In this document: one piece after another, positions 27,627 through 40,951 of the stretch | Layout of the letters: every line of letters begins with the position of its first letter | Position numbering within the stretch: position 1 is the first letter of the stretch | Program-made: the position numbers and the translations under genes | From: Octopus bimaculoides | Lineage: Eukaryota | Direction of reading: 5' to 3' | Assembly: GCF_001194135.2 (NCBI RefSeq) | Contig: NC_068985.1 | Coordinates: 112,251,041 to 112,314,949 of the forward strand | DNA: 63,909 nt | The notes under the pieces: model-generated | Told to the model about the DNA's origin: nothing | Seen by the model: the letters and a program-made list of their open reading frames with translations, nothing else | The model's database searches: none

Positions 27627-28518
27627 TAGAGAGTAATAACAACAAAACTGCTAGTAAGGAACAACTTTCAGAGCACAAATGTAAACAAACACAAACATGT
27701 ACACACACACACGCTTGTGCATATGCACATTTAGGGTAAATGCTTGTATTCTGAGGGTGCTGCTGCACTCTGAATGCATGAGTTGATGTCTCATCAGGTG
27801 GTGAAGCAGCCCTGTAGGTGTTTCGGCCCCTTTCACCATGACACCAGAACTGCTCAGGGACAGACACCAATGCAAGCAACAGCACAACATGCAACTCATG
27901 CACAACAGTACAAGTTTTGTTGGGTCAGACATTGGGACTCTGAGCCAAATGTTTCCACCCACCTCAATGCTTTTTCTTGTGCTACCACTCATCCTCTCTT
28001 GAGCCAGATGTAATGGCTTGCTTTCTTAGAGACCCCTGATAATTTTCTTGGAGCATCATTCCTCCCCTTCACAGCTAGTCCAAGACTTTTGAACTTCAAG
28101 TGAATCCTTGTTCCAACAAATCCTTTAACACTTATCATTACATAACGGAATATTGCCTCCCATCCATTGTTTTTATTTTTCTACCAAAGTACCAAATTCA
28201 CTCACAAGGCTTTGATCAGCTCCTTGCGAAAGACATCATTCATTGGGGATTGAACTCATAATCTTATGATCGTGAAGAGTACTTCTCAACCACCCAAGCA
28301 TGCTTGTACTGATTATAGTGTCTAATTTGCGAAGATAAACAATGGCAAACATTCTGCAGTATAAATCGCAGCGCAGTTGTCCGACAAATGATAGATATAC
28401 GATTACAGTCTCTCTGTCTGTAAGACTGTTGCTCTTTATGTTTTCATTGCACATTGGTTCTTATAATAATATACACATACAGTAGTCTTTTCAACTTGCA
28501 TACGCTTTGCAAATAGAT

Positions 28519-28524
28519 TTTATT
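28519..28524 (-). promoter_or_regulatory. Candidate polyadenylation signal (AATAAA) for the alternative terminal exon
   Basis: Plus-strand tttatt reads AATAAA on the gene strand, downstream of the stop at 28733. Confidence 0.35.
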
Positions 28525-28732
28525 AAAACAAAGCCAATAAGAAACATATATTACACATTTAATCTATTACATTTAGTCATGTTTTACAAACAGTGCATTC
28601 ATGCAGAAGTCTCTCTCTCTCTCTCTCCACGCCACCAGCTGCACAATACTGCATAGTAGAGCAACGGCAGCACCAGCATCTAATCACAGCTGCCACTTAA
28701 AGACGGCATCTCGTTAATTAAGCAAAGATGGA

Positions 28733-28794
28733 TTAACAATAATGTTCAAACATCTCCAATCTCTCTCTCATCTCCTTTGAATCAATGCAATTTC
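28733..28794 (-). CDS. Caskin: Coding part of a candidate alternative terminal exon of Caskin: (x)GA-NCIDSKEMRERLEMFEHYC*
   Basis: Very strong acceptor ccccttctttttcttctgcttttcag|GA AAT TGC ... TAT TGT TAA in phase 1. Followed by non-repetitive UTR-like sequence and AATAAA about 210 nt after the stop; no strong donor seen. Confidence 0.5.
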
Positions 28795-29214
28795 CTGAAA
28801 AGCAGAAGAAAAAGAAGGGGGAAAAAACAACAACAACAAAAAGTACTACACCAGCATCATTGAATATTCTGATGACACTATGGGGTGGGTTTTGGGTGGG
28901 GAATGATGTTGGTAGTGGTGGTGGGGGTGGAAAGTGGGGAGGAAAAGTTAAAGAGGTAAAAACAAATAATGAATGAAACCCCACCAAAAAAATAATTAAA
29001 AAAAGGAATAAAAGGCAGAGAAGAAAATAAAAAAAAAAATTCCTGAGAAATAAGAAAAAAAGAAAACAAAGAAATGTAGAAAAAGAAAAAGCAAAGATAA
29101 GTAGAATAGAGAAGTATGAGAAGTGTTGTAGAATGAAGGGATATAAGGAGTCTGAGGATTAGGAGAATAGCGAAATGAGGAATAAGAGATTAGTAAAGTA
29201 TGAGGAGCTGAATA

Positions 29215-30060
29215 GGGAAGTATGAGGAGGAGGAGGAGTAGAGTACAAGACTAAGAAGGGAGTAGTAGAGTACAAGGCAGAAGTGCAGAAGCAGAACACA
29301 AGAGTGTGATGAGGAGTAGAGTACGAGGATGAGGAGGAGGAGGATAAGGAGGAGGAGGGGGGAGACTAAGAAGGGAGTAGTAGAGTACAAGGCTAAGAAG
29401 GGAGTAGTAGAGTACAAGGAAGAGGAGTAAAGTACAAGACTAAGAAGGGAGTAGTAGAGTACAAGGCTGAAGTGCAGTAGCAGAACACAAGAGTATGATG
29501 AGGAGTAGAGTACAAAGAAGTGGAGTACAAGGCTAAGAAGGGAGTAGTAGAGTACAAGGAAGAGGAGTAAAGTACAAGACTAAGAAGGGAGTAGTAGAGT
29601 ACAAGGCTGAAATGCAGTAGCAGAACACAAGAGTGTGATGAGTAGTAGAGTACAAGGAGGAGGAGAAGGAGTAGTACAAGACTATGAAGAGTAATAATAA
29701 AGTACAAGCCTAGGAAGAAGAGGAGAGTAGAGTACAGGCCTATGAGGAAGAGGAGTAGAGTATAATACTATGAAGAGGAGAAGAAAAGTATAAGATTGAA
29801 AAATGGTAGTAGAATACAAGAGTTAGGAGGAGAATACATGACAGTGAGTTGTAGTAGAGTACGAGACTGGGGAGAAGTAGAGCACAAGACTTTTTGAAAA
29901 GTACCTGTAGAGTATAAAAGTATGATGAGGAGAATATAGAACTGTGAGGTGTCATAGGAGTATGAGACAATGGAGAGTAATTGTAGAGTACAAAAGTATT
30001 TGAAGAGGAGTAACAGAGTACAAGACTATAAGGAGTGGTATTAAAATACAAGAGTACTTG
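29215..30060. repeat. Purine-rich minisatellite built on gagtagtagagtacaag with a 140-bp higher-order repeat
   Basis: taagaagggagtagtagagtacaaggctga..tgcagtagcagaacacaagag recurs at 29441 and 29581; degenerate flanks. Confidence 0.85.
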
Positions 30061-32645
30061 AACAGTGGTAGAATAGAGAAGCATTAGGTGTTGATGAGAG
30101 AAAATGTTAAAATCAGATGGCAGACAGCAGAGAAGAGGAGGAAGTAAAAGAAAAAAATACATTCAACAGGAAAAAAGGAAGAACTGTAAGAACGGAAAGA
30201 TGAGTTCTTAGCTAATGAATTGACAATATTTATAGTGAAATAATTAACTTAATGAGTCTTATGTTTTATGTTTTGTTTAGCTGAATTAACTGTCCTGTTG
30301 CATGAAACAAGAATGGTCTGTATTTGTTTCATTAATTTTACAAATTGCTAATTGAAGGCACTCCTATACTGACCATCCCTCCTGTAAAGTAGAAGTACAA
30401 TATTCGCAAGCCGTGATTGGTCAGGACTGAAAAGTTCTTCTCAATGTCACAAACCTGGGTAAGGCTTTTTTTTTTTCAGGGTTAACTTCTAGTTGTCTTT
30501 GTGGGTCTCCTCTATCCATTCCAATGATGTTTTCCGAGAGAAAAGACTTACATAGCTCAGTGCCAGTTTTGCCATAGGTGAATAAATGAATATAAAAACC
30601 ACTGCCATTGTTTTAAAGTCTACTTTTCCGTGCTTGCATGCATGAGTCAGATTGAATTTGTCGAGGTGGATATTCTACAGCCAGATGCTCTTCCTGTCAC
30701 CAACTCTCACCTGTTTCTAAGTAAGATGGTATTTCCCCTTGGCAGGATATGCTTTCACATAGAATTGGAAATGAAGCGTAACACTTGCACGATGAAGATG
30801 CTTGCTTACAACCATCACACGACGTCGAGGAAAGGAGAGAGTAACACACACATGATGGTTTTCTTTTAGTTTCTTCATCACTTAACTTCTACCTTCCATA
30901 CTGGCGTAGGTTGGATGGTTTGATAGGAGCCAGCCAAGCAGGAGCCCGCACCAGACTTCTGTGTCTGTTTTGGCAGGGTTTTACAGCTGGATGCCCTTCC
31001 TAACACCAACCACCCAGCAAAGTTTCCATCTACCAAATTCACCTACAAAGTTTCATTCAGCCTGAGGCTATAGTAGAAGATACTTTTCAATATGCCATGC
31101 AGTTGGGATTGAACCCAAAATTACATGGTTAGGAAGCAAGCTTCTCAACTCCACAACCTCAACTGCCCCTATTGTCTCATCATCTATATGTATTATGTCC
31201 ATACCAGCAGAGCCATTGCTCTTGTATGCAACACTTGATTCCTCTTAAACCCTGATCTCTGATCTCAGTGTTCACACACAGCAACATTACATATCCAGCT
31301 AATCACGCTCACTTTGTTTCTTTCCAACCTTCATACACACACACACACACACACACACACATTCTCCGCAATTTCTAACAGGTCAAGCAAAGACATAGAG
31401 ACTCCTTTGTTACAGATCACCCAAACATCTTTGGTATACCAGCAAGCTTGTGTATTAGTATTTAACAGCAAAATTAACTACAGATAGCAATGAGAACTAA
31501 CTGGAGTCAAATACATCAGTTAGAAAACATCAAAATTACATTTATACAGTCAAGGAGATCAAAGCTAAACAAGGTCATCCATCAGAACAGAACAAATACG
31601 TACATGTTTATCAGAATTGATCAAATGTAGGCATATTTATTGGAACTGAAATACACATACATTCATCAGAACTGGATAAATATACACACATCCATTAGAA
31701 CTAAACAAATATATACAGTAACCACAATTAAACATGGATATACACCATTAACAACAGCAGCATTACTGGTGATAACTGCATAATGCTATATAAAGCTGTG
31801 ATGAGGAATGTTAGAGCAACACTGACTGTGAACCTGAGGTGAGGGTTGTTATGCTAAGAATTGGTTTGTATATCGGCACAAGAAAAGAGAAATCTCTTTA
31901 TCTCTTGTACTTGTTTCAGTCATTACATAGCGGCCATGTTGGGGCACCACCTTAAATTTTTAGTTAAATCAACTGACCCCAGTACATTTTTATTATTTAT
32001 TTTTTTTAAGCCTGGTGCTTATTCTATAAGATTCTTTTGTCAAACCACTAGCTTACGGGGACACAAACCCCTTGTCAAGTGATGGTGAGGGTCAAATACA
32101 GACACATATATCTGATGGGCTTCTTTCAGTTTCTGTTTACCAAATCTACTCACAAAACTTTGGTTGACCCAAGGCTATAATAGAAGACTTTGCCCAAGGT
32201 GCCATAATGTGGGACCGAACCCAGAACCATGTGGTTCGGAAGCAAGCTTCTTACCAAATATATTTTCCATTGGACACAACAACATGCCCTGTCTATTGAC
32301 CATTGTGGTTAGTGCAGAGAAGGGACATGCTCTTTGTGCCTTGTCTCCATGTATTTTGTGATGCTGCTGCTGATGATGATGATGTTATTGATAGTAAGCA
32401 TTAGTGTGGTGTTAAATATCAAAGGTTAAAATCATGATTGCCGCGCTGTGGTATTAGCATTAAAAGGCACTTCTGATGTTGATGGAAGACAAACAACCAT
32501 CTATGCAATAAACAGTTCTTCGCATCGATATAGACACACCATACATAACATACACACACAAGTATACATGGGGTCATGTGCATTTACAAACAAACAAAAC
32601 CACATCTATGTTAAAAAATAAACATATCTCCATACATAGATGCAT

Positions 32646-32705
<60 letters not shown>

Positions 32706-33984
32706 AAATCACATCTATATTAAAAAATAAAAATATCTGCACACACACACACACACACACACAAGATGCATAAATAAAGCAGGTAACCTTTAACAAATGT
32801 ATTTCTGACACTTTGGAATGAATGTCTGCATAACAGCGCTGGTCACTAATAGAAACCTGCCAACTACATACATACACAAATACATACATATATATTTATA
32901 TATATATATATACATAGGTAAAAAGTAAAAGTGAAAATAGTACGGAAGTATGTTTAAAGATGCTTTTATTTATTTTTTTTTCTTTAATCAGACAGAAGTA
33001 TTTTTATGTGTTACATTAAATGACTTTTATAAAATATTAGCAGTTCCGATGTGTATGTTCATCTTATCAATTATTAAAAAATTCAAAGTGAGGAATTAGG
33101 AAATAGGAATTAAAAATGAGAAATTAAAACAGTTTTTTCTCATATTTTGTGCATAGTTAAGAGCATGTATGTTGTTACTAGACCCAACTCCTTGTAGAAC
33201 AAATATTGCCAAGCGTAATACTCAAATTACAGAGCAGAAGGCAAGCCACTGGATTTGGTTATAAAGAGATGATGAGCAATGTCTCAAAGAATATTGAGTG
33301 AAACCTAACAACCAATTGATCTAGCAAGTGGGGCCTCATTTCAGCGAGGTGAGGGCTGATGTACAATGATGCCATCAAGGGGAATACCCTGAAATGGTGT
33401 GCATTCTCTCCTGATACCCCATAAGCTTGCTAGCGTCCGATGCAGAGCTTTCAACTGGTAGCACTTGCATCTGCAAGTTGTTTGTAAAATCTCTCTTTCC
33501 CTCTATGTGTGTATGTGTGTATGTGTGTGTGTATTTATTATTTGATAGACACAATACATGTCTTTATGTGCTACTAATAGTTTCTTGTGCTGAGAACATG
33601 CTAAATAATGAATTAGAGTATGTGTAACAACTCTGCACAAGTCATCAGGTACAAGCCATAGCATAAACTAAAAATTGAGTCTGCTTTCCATGCTGGCATA
33701 AGTTGGTCAGTTTGACAGGGGCCAGTCAGGTAGAAGACTACTCCAGGCTACTGTCTGTTCTGGTATAGTTTTTACAACTGGATGCCTTCCTAACATGAAC
33801 CACCCTGCAGAGTGGACTGAACACAAGCAAAGTCAGTTTTGGTATGGTTTTTACAGATGGATGACCTTCCAAATACCAAACACTTCACAGTGCGGACAGG
33901 ATGCTTTTAACGTGGTACCAGTGCTGGCAAGGTTACCAAGTAACTTGCAGGACAAAGAATTTTAAGAGGGAAGGAGGCATTGGA

Positions 33985-34445
33985 GGAGGTGATGCATGTA
34001 TGCATATATGTTTGAATGCATGTCATTGTTCAGTTTTATTTCAAGATCTCTTGCCAATAGAGAAAGAGTCGGTTTCTAGCCTAGATCCAAGGTTCCATCA
34101 TTGGAATTTCAACATCAACAACAGGTCATTTTTGTTTGTATTTATGTATGTATGTATGTATATATATATGTGAAGATTCTTATGGTTTGCTTTATTGAGA
34201 GAAACCTAGAAACCAATTGATCTAGTGTATAGTCATGCGAATACATATATATATGCGAATACTATGTATTCGCACGCATATAGTTGCATATCTAGACATG
34301 CTCATATATATATTCAAATGATAAACTTCTGGAAAGTATTACAGGTTTTAGCAGTTCTAGTGATGGATTGAATCTGTAGTTTTCGAATTAGCTTTCTCCC
34401 TTCTAGTTTTGAGAAGTCTAATTTCTCAAGTTTGGTATTTGTGTT
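33985..34445 (-). mobile_element. 3' end of a non-LTR element (R4/Dong-like C-terminus plus 3' UTR)
   Basis: Reads LEKLDFSKLEGRKLIRKLQIQSITRTAKTCNTFQKFII*; a second copy lies in opposite orientation at 50175-50480. Clade assignment is from memory. Confidence 0.5.
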
Positions 34446-35434
34446 ATGTGTGTATATATAGGCTTTTAGTATTGCAAACTGCAAGGCAGCCTAACATGCA
34501 GTGACGTGTTCGGTGATAGGAAAGGCATCCAGCAGACATTGGAGAATGATGCAGTCCAGTGAATCTGCTAGAACCTCTCAAAACCGTCTAACGTAAACCA
34601 TCCTAGAAAATGGACATTAAAAGACGACGGTGATGATGATTCCAGTTGATGAAACATCTGGAATACTCGTCATTGAGGCTGTGTCACATGATACATGTAC
34701 ATATTGGTGTGCATGTGTGAAAATATAAGTGTGCGTGTGTGTGTACATATATGAAGTACACATATGCACAGACACTAAACGGTTTACACATCACCTTTGC
34801 TGTGATCAACCCCTTCTTGTATTATAACCAACAGATCTTCCTTTTCCGGTGAAACTGTTTATTTCAAACAAGAGTCTGTTAGTGCATTAGCTGCTGCACC
34901 ATCTGTTACTTGACATAATTACCTTCTTTTTTTTTCCTTTTTTTTTTGTTACCTAGTATTCAGGTCACTTAGTACAACTTATCAGTATATAATAATATAT
35001 TCTATGTCATTAGATAAACTCTCACAACACTGATGCGGAACCATAACCACCACCACCACCACCACCACCATCGCTGCCATCTCACCAGAAAGTAAAAATG
35101 AAAACACGTTTTCATATAACTGCCATTATCCAATGAAAACTATTTGTCCTGCATAGCATCTGTTATAGTTAAAACTGCATAAAAACTATGGAAGCCACTC
35201 TGTGCTAGCACCCTTAAAATTCCAGTTCAAAGTACATCAGTGACAATGTGTGTATTTGTATATTTATGATTTGTGTCTAAAAGAGGTAAAGGAGTATGTC
35301 TAGTTAGGTTACACAGTGAATATGTACCAAGACAATTGACAAGTCCCTTAACTCCTTGGGGGGCCATTGGGATGCTGCAGCCATGCAGCATGTCTAGGGT
35401 AAGAAAGCCTGGTGGAGCCCATCTCTCTCCAGGC

Positions 35435-35990
35435 TAAACTGGACTGGAGTAACGCAAAATGAAGTGTTTTGCTCAAGAACACAACAGATCACCTTGTCCG
35501 GGGATTGAAACCACAATCTTATGGTCGTGAATCCAACACCCTAACCACTATGCAATTAGTGGTACTCACTTCTACAGCTGAGTGGACTGGAGCAACGCAA
35601 AATGAAGTGTTTTGCTCAAGAACACAACAGATCACCTTGTCCAGGGATTGAAACCACAATCTTATGGTCGTGAATCCAACACCCTAACCACTAAGCAACT
35701 AGTGGTACTCGTTTCTACAGCTGAGTGGACTGGAGCAATGTGAAGTGAAGTGTTTTGCTCAAGAACACAATGTATCGCCTGGTCCAGGAATTGAAACCAC
35801 AATCTTATGGGCGTGAATCCAACACCTTAACCTCTAAGCAACTAGCGGTACTCATTTCTACAGCTGAGCAGACTGGAGCAACGTGAAGTGAAGTGTTTTG
35901 CTCAAGAACACAGCAGATCACCTTGTCCAGGAATTGAAACCACAATCTTACGATTGTGAGTTCAACACTTAAAACCACAAAGTCACGTGC
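35435..35990 (-). repeat. Head-to-tail array of four 143-bp units, each a family-D SINE head plus core
   Basis: (g/a)gactggag starts at 35441, 35584, 35727 and 35870. Confidence 0.9.
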
Positions 35991-36094
35991 CTCCACATGC
36001 ACCAAGACAGGGACAGTAAAATACTGATGAGAATAAGGGCAGGATGGAAGAGGTTTATCTCAATAAAGGACGTGATTAAAGTAGAGCCGGACAA

Positions 36095-36435
36095 GTCCAT
36101 GCATTGCCAGATTCTTTGATAGCGCCATCCTGCTAGAATTCTTACATGCAAGTGAGATGAGGGCTACTATGAAGAGAGAACACAACTTGTTACAATGCCG
36201 AGGGCCATGGAAAGATCCATGTTAGAGATATCATTGTGAAAGCAAATCTAAAACGAGAATATTTGACAATAGAACAAGAGAATGATGGGAATTGTAGAAT
36301 ACTGGAAGCACAAGTTCTGCTGGGTCAGACATGGCGCAAGGTTCACAAACAATAGGTGGACCCAAGCAGTTACTAGGTGGTATCCAAGAGACCAAAAAAA
36401 AGGGCTACTTGGAAGGCCTCCACAATGATAGCATA
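36095..36435 (+). mobile_element. Degraded RTE-type LINE RT C-terminal remnant (second lineage)
   Basis: Translates with stops as FDSAILLEFLHASE...RAMERSMLEISL*...KFCWVRHGARFTNNRWTQAVTRWYPRDQKKGLLGRPP, resembling the RTE C-terminal pattern WAGHVAR..RWT...WYPR....GRP. Confidence 0.75.
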
Positions 36436-36607
36436 AAATGTGCAGAGATATATTAGACATATCCTAATTTCAGTGGAGTGTATTCAGGAGAAGTGATTTT
36501 AGTGCATTAATGTATGTACCATAGGCCTAACTTCTCATAGGGTCAGGGTTGATTTTTATGAGACATTTTTTGGGGGTAGGGCAGGTGTCTTATATGCCAT
36601 CAAGTAT

Positions 36608-36695
<88 letters not shown>

Positions 36696-36696
<1 letters not shown>

Positions 36697-36901
36697 GTGT
36701 CCATAAATTATCTTTACAATTCAAAAAATTCAGAAAAAATAAAAAATAAGGATAACTCAGCAGAGTTTATTGGGAAACATAGGCAAACAAAGTTTTATTA
36801 GAAACATCAAAACACTTTTATAAATTCTGCTGAGTTATCCTGATTCTTAATTTTTTTTTTCAAAAATTTTCCGATGGTAAAGGTAATTTAAGGACACCCT
36901 G
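36696..36901. mobile_element. Tc1/mariner-type MITE with long imperfect TIRs
   Basis: ggtgtccataaattatctttac...ggataactcagcaga pairs with tctgctgagttatcc...gtaaaggtaatttaaggacaccctg. Confidence 0.75.
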
Positions 36902-37264
36902 TGTGTGTATATGCATATATGAAAATGAGATGAGAAAGGAATGAAATTTGTTATCTCGTTTTCTTTCTTATTATCGCTCTATACCCAGCTGATGCTTCAT
37001 TCTGAAGAATATGTATATTGGGTTATTATTACCTGGTTATTAGTCTCGCAATGCCTAAGAGAAATATTAAAATAGTTAAATGCAAATGCCCCCATCATTT
37101 GACATTGAAAAAATATGCACATGCACACGACAGAAAGACAAGCAGATAGACTAAAGTTTGTCAAGAAAAAAGCATAGTGGGAGAGAGAGAGATGTCTCAT
37201 AGATTAGTTAAGATTTTAAAGAAATAAAGTCAAACAGAAAGTACAGTGAGTCTGTGAGTGTGTG

Positions 37265-37432
37265 TATGAGGGAATTGCTGAAAAGTTCATGGGTTTAAGG
37301 ATATTTCTAAAAGCCTGGGTGGAGGCCCAAACTTATGAGTTCTTTTACAGTGCTTCGAAAAACTGAAGGGCTGCTGCAATAAGTGTGTGAATCCAAGTGG
37401 GGAATATGTTCAAAGAAATCATAATTAACTGA
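37265..37432 (+). mobile_element. Mariner-derived short element (transposase C-terminal remnant); inverted copy at about 61670-61825
   Basis: gaggg..ttgctgaaaagttc end, and KLKGCCNKCVNPSGEYVQ resembling the mariner C-terminal KCV...GEYVE motif. Two copies in the window. Confidence 0.6.
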
Positions 37433-39972
37433 TCCTCTTGCATTTTCTTTTACACGATGGGCGCAGGAGTGGCTGTGTGGTAAGTAGCTTGCTTACCAAC
37501 CACATGGTTCTGGGTTCAGTCCCACTGTGTGGCACCCTGGGCAAGTGTCTTCAACTATAGCCTCGGGCCGACCAAAGTCTTGTGAGTGGATTTGGTAGAC
37601 GGAAACTGAAAGAAGCCCGTCGTATATTTATATATATATATATNNNNNNNNNNNNNNNNNNNNNNNNNNNNNNNNNNNNNNNNNNNNNNNNNNNNNNNNN
37701 NNNNNNNNNNNNNNNNNNNNNNNNNNNNNNNNNNNNNNNNNNNNNNNNNNNNNNNNNNNNNNNNNNNNNNNNNNNNNNNNNNNNNNNNNNNNNNNNNNNN
37801 NNNNNNNNNNNNNNNNNNNNNNNNNNNNNNNNNNNNNNNNNNNNNNNNNNNNNNNNNNNNNNNNNNNNNNNNNNNNNNNNNNNNNNNNNNNNNNNNNNNN
37901 NNNNNNNNNNNNNNNNNNNNNNNNNNNNNNNNNNNNNNNNNNNNNNNNNNNNNNNNNNNNNNNNNNNNNNNNNNNNNNNNNNNNNNNNNNNNNNNNNNNN
38001 NNNNNNNNNNNNNNNNNNNNNNNNNNNNNNNNNNNNNNNNNNNNNNNNNNNNNNNNNNNNNNNNNNNNNNNNNNNNNNNNNNNNNNNNNNNNNNNNNNNN
38101 NNNNNNNNNNNNNNNNNNNNNNNNNNNNNNNNNNNNNNNNNNNNNNNNNNNNNNNNNNNNNNNNNNNNNNNNNNNNNNNNNNNNNNNNNNNNNNNNNNNN
38201 NNNNNNNNNNNNNNNNNNNNNNNNNNNNNNNNNNNNNNNNNNNNNNNNNNNNNNNNNNNNNNNNNNNNNNNNNNNNNNNNNNNNNNNNNNNNNNNNNNNN
38301 NNNNNNNNNNNNNNNNNNNNNNNNNNNNNNNNNNNNNNNNNNNNNNNNNNNNNNNNNNNNNNNNNNNNNNNNNNNNNNNNNNNNNNNNNNNNNNNNNNNN
38401 NNNNNNNNNNNNNNNNNNNNNNNNNNNNNNNNNNNNNNNNNNNNNNNNNNNNNNNNNNNNNNNNNNNNNNNNNNNNNNNNNNNNNNNNNNNNNNNNNNNN
38501 NNNNNNNNNNNNNNGTACAGAATTGTGGGCTTGTGTGTAAGTAATATCAGCTACCCTAAATTTAATACCCATGGTAGCAGTGGTATTGGAGTTGGTGGGT
38601 GTTCTCCACCAGCACCAGTCTTGTTTACACTATCGTTTTAATCTTGGTAGATATCACACGCACACAGCTATATATACAAGCTCCCATACACACTGATGAA
38701 CAGGCACACATACATGTGTATGTATATGTATGTGTATGCATGTATGTATGTATATATATATATACACACACAAGCACACAAACACATATATATACACATG
38801 CATACATATAAACAGGAACACATAGGTATGTATGAATGTGTGTGTGCATACACACATACATATATATCAACACACACAAACATATACACAGATACATATA
38901 GATATATAAATACATACATATACATATATACATGCACACACATGAATATTCAGACAGCCACTAAACACACACATGCAGACATACCTACATACATACATAT
39001 ATACACTCATGTATTCCTACAACTCCCCTGGAAACAGACATAAACACACACATATTCGACCCAGTATAAATAAACACATACGCATACATCTACTACACAT
39101 CACATATCCACATACATTTCAGGTAGTAGGCACACAAACACACATATACAGAAACATACCTCACCACACACATACGGTGCATACATAGTAGATATACAGA
39201 GGGGAGGGGTGATGTAGAGAGGTAATATAATGAAGTCACTAAATATAGGTGTGTAGTGAGATATTTAGAGGGTATGTAGGTGTGGTGGTAGTGACAAAGT
39301 AGTATTAATGGTATAAGTAGTGGTAGTGGTGGTATTATATATATATNNNNNNNNNNATATATATATATATATATATATATATATCTATGTGATATGTGTT
39401 TGTGTCTGAGTTTTTCTCTTCATCACTGCTTGACAAGTGTTGGTATGTTTACATCCCTGTAATTTAGTGGTTTGACAAAAGAGACCAATAAAATAAGTAC
39501 TGAGGTTCATCTGATGATCAGAGCAATGGGGACCCCCATCATCATCGTAACCGATGGAGTGCCAGTTAAGTTAATTAAGGTTAGGACAGGATGGTCATAA
39601 TTAGAATGCTTTTAGATGATATGCATATATGGTACAGGATGTCACCAACTGTGCAATCAACATGAAATACATAAACAATGACAGGAAAAAAATGGGAAAC
39701 TAGACTAGTAAACAGAGAAACAACCCTTCATCAGTTGTCGGCTGTCTATTTACTGTTCATTTTGAGCATTCAATGATAATATGAGTCTTCAAAGACAATT
39801 GCTCCCATAAATTCTAAAATAAAACTTAGGATTTATAGATGGGTCAAAGTTGGGATCAAAACAGGACAGTGGAGACATAAAAGGAAACTAAACGAAAACA
39901 AACATGGAAGGTCGTTAGACCAGAACGAGAGGAAAATAATGAATGCTGGGAGAAATATTTTCTTTGAAAAGA

Positions 39973-40041
<69 letters not shown>

Positions 40042-40044
40042 TAG

Positions 40045-40076
<32 letters not shown>

Positions 40077-40158
40077 GGGGGGCATAAGTCGCTTTACCCA
40101 TTTCTAATAAAGAAATGGGTAAAGAGACTTACAGCCATCTCTGTATATATGTCTGGGT

Positions 40159-40226
<68 letters not shown>

Positions 40227-40951
40227 ACAGGCGTTTTCAGTTTCTGTCTACCAAATCCACTCAGAAGGCTTTGGTCAGCCCAAGGCTATAGTAGAAGACA
40301 CTTGCCCAAGGTGCCATGCAGTGGGACTGAACCCAGAACCATGTGCTTGGAAAAGCCAGCTTCTTACCACACAGTCATTGCCTGCTCGTGGAATTAATGT
40401 GCAAGTGACCAAACACTCCATAGACATGCATACCCTTAACATAGTTCTCAGAGAGATTCAACATGACACAAAATGTGATATGGCTGACCTTCTGAGATAC
40501 AACGTGAAAAAAAGTGTCTTAGGTCAAGGACACAATGAACCCCCAGGAATCAAACTTATGACCTAATTACCATGAGTTGAATACCCTAACCACATAGCCA
40601 CATGCCTTCGCCATAACTTTAATTAAAGACATTATTCAACATGCCTTCCTTTGTCAAACATAGTGATGTTTCATTTGAGGGAGATTAGGCTACCATTTCT
40701 AGCAGGTCAGGGGATTATGTAGAGGTTCTTTAACAATAGTGGTATAGGTGTCAGTAGCAATCACAGTGCAGTGTTGTTTAGGCTTAGATTTATGCTGACC
40801 AAACGAACCTATGACCAAAGACATCCCCCCACCCACTACAATACTGTCTGTTTTCAGTCACTGTGCAACCTCAGGCTGCATATATTTTAATGTAGTTAAT
40901 TCTTCAATGGAAAAAAAAAAAAAAAAAAGCAAAAACAAAAAAAAAAACGTT

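Noticed and set aside
35435-35990. Regularly spaced repeats considered as a CRISPR-like array or true tRNA cluster
   Set aside because: Whole units are duplicated with no unique spacers, and the heads lack a complete cloverleaf; they are SINE-derived. The same holds for the 62-bp and 40-bp tandems.
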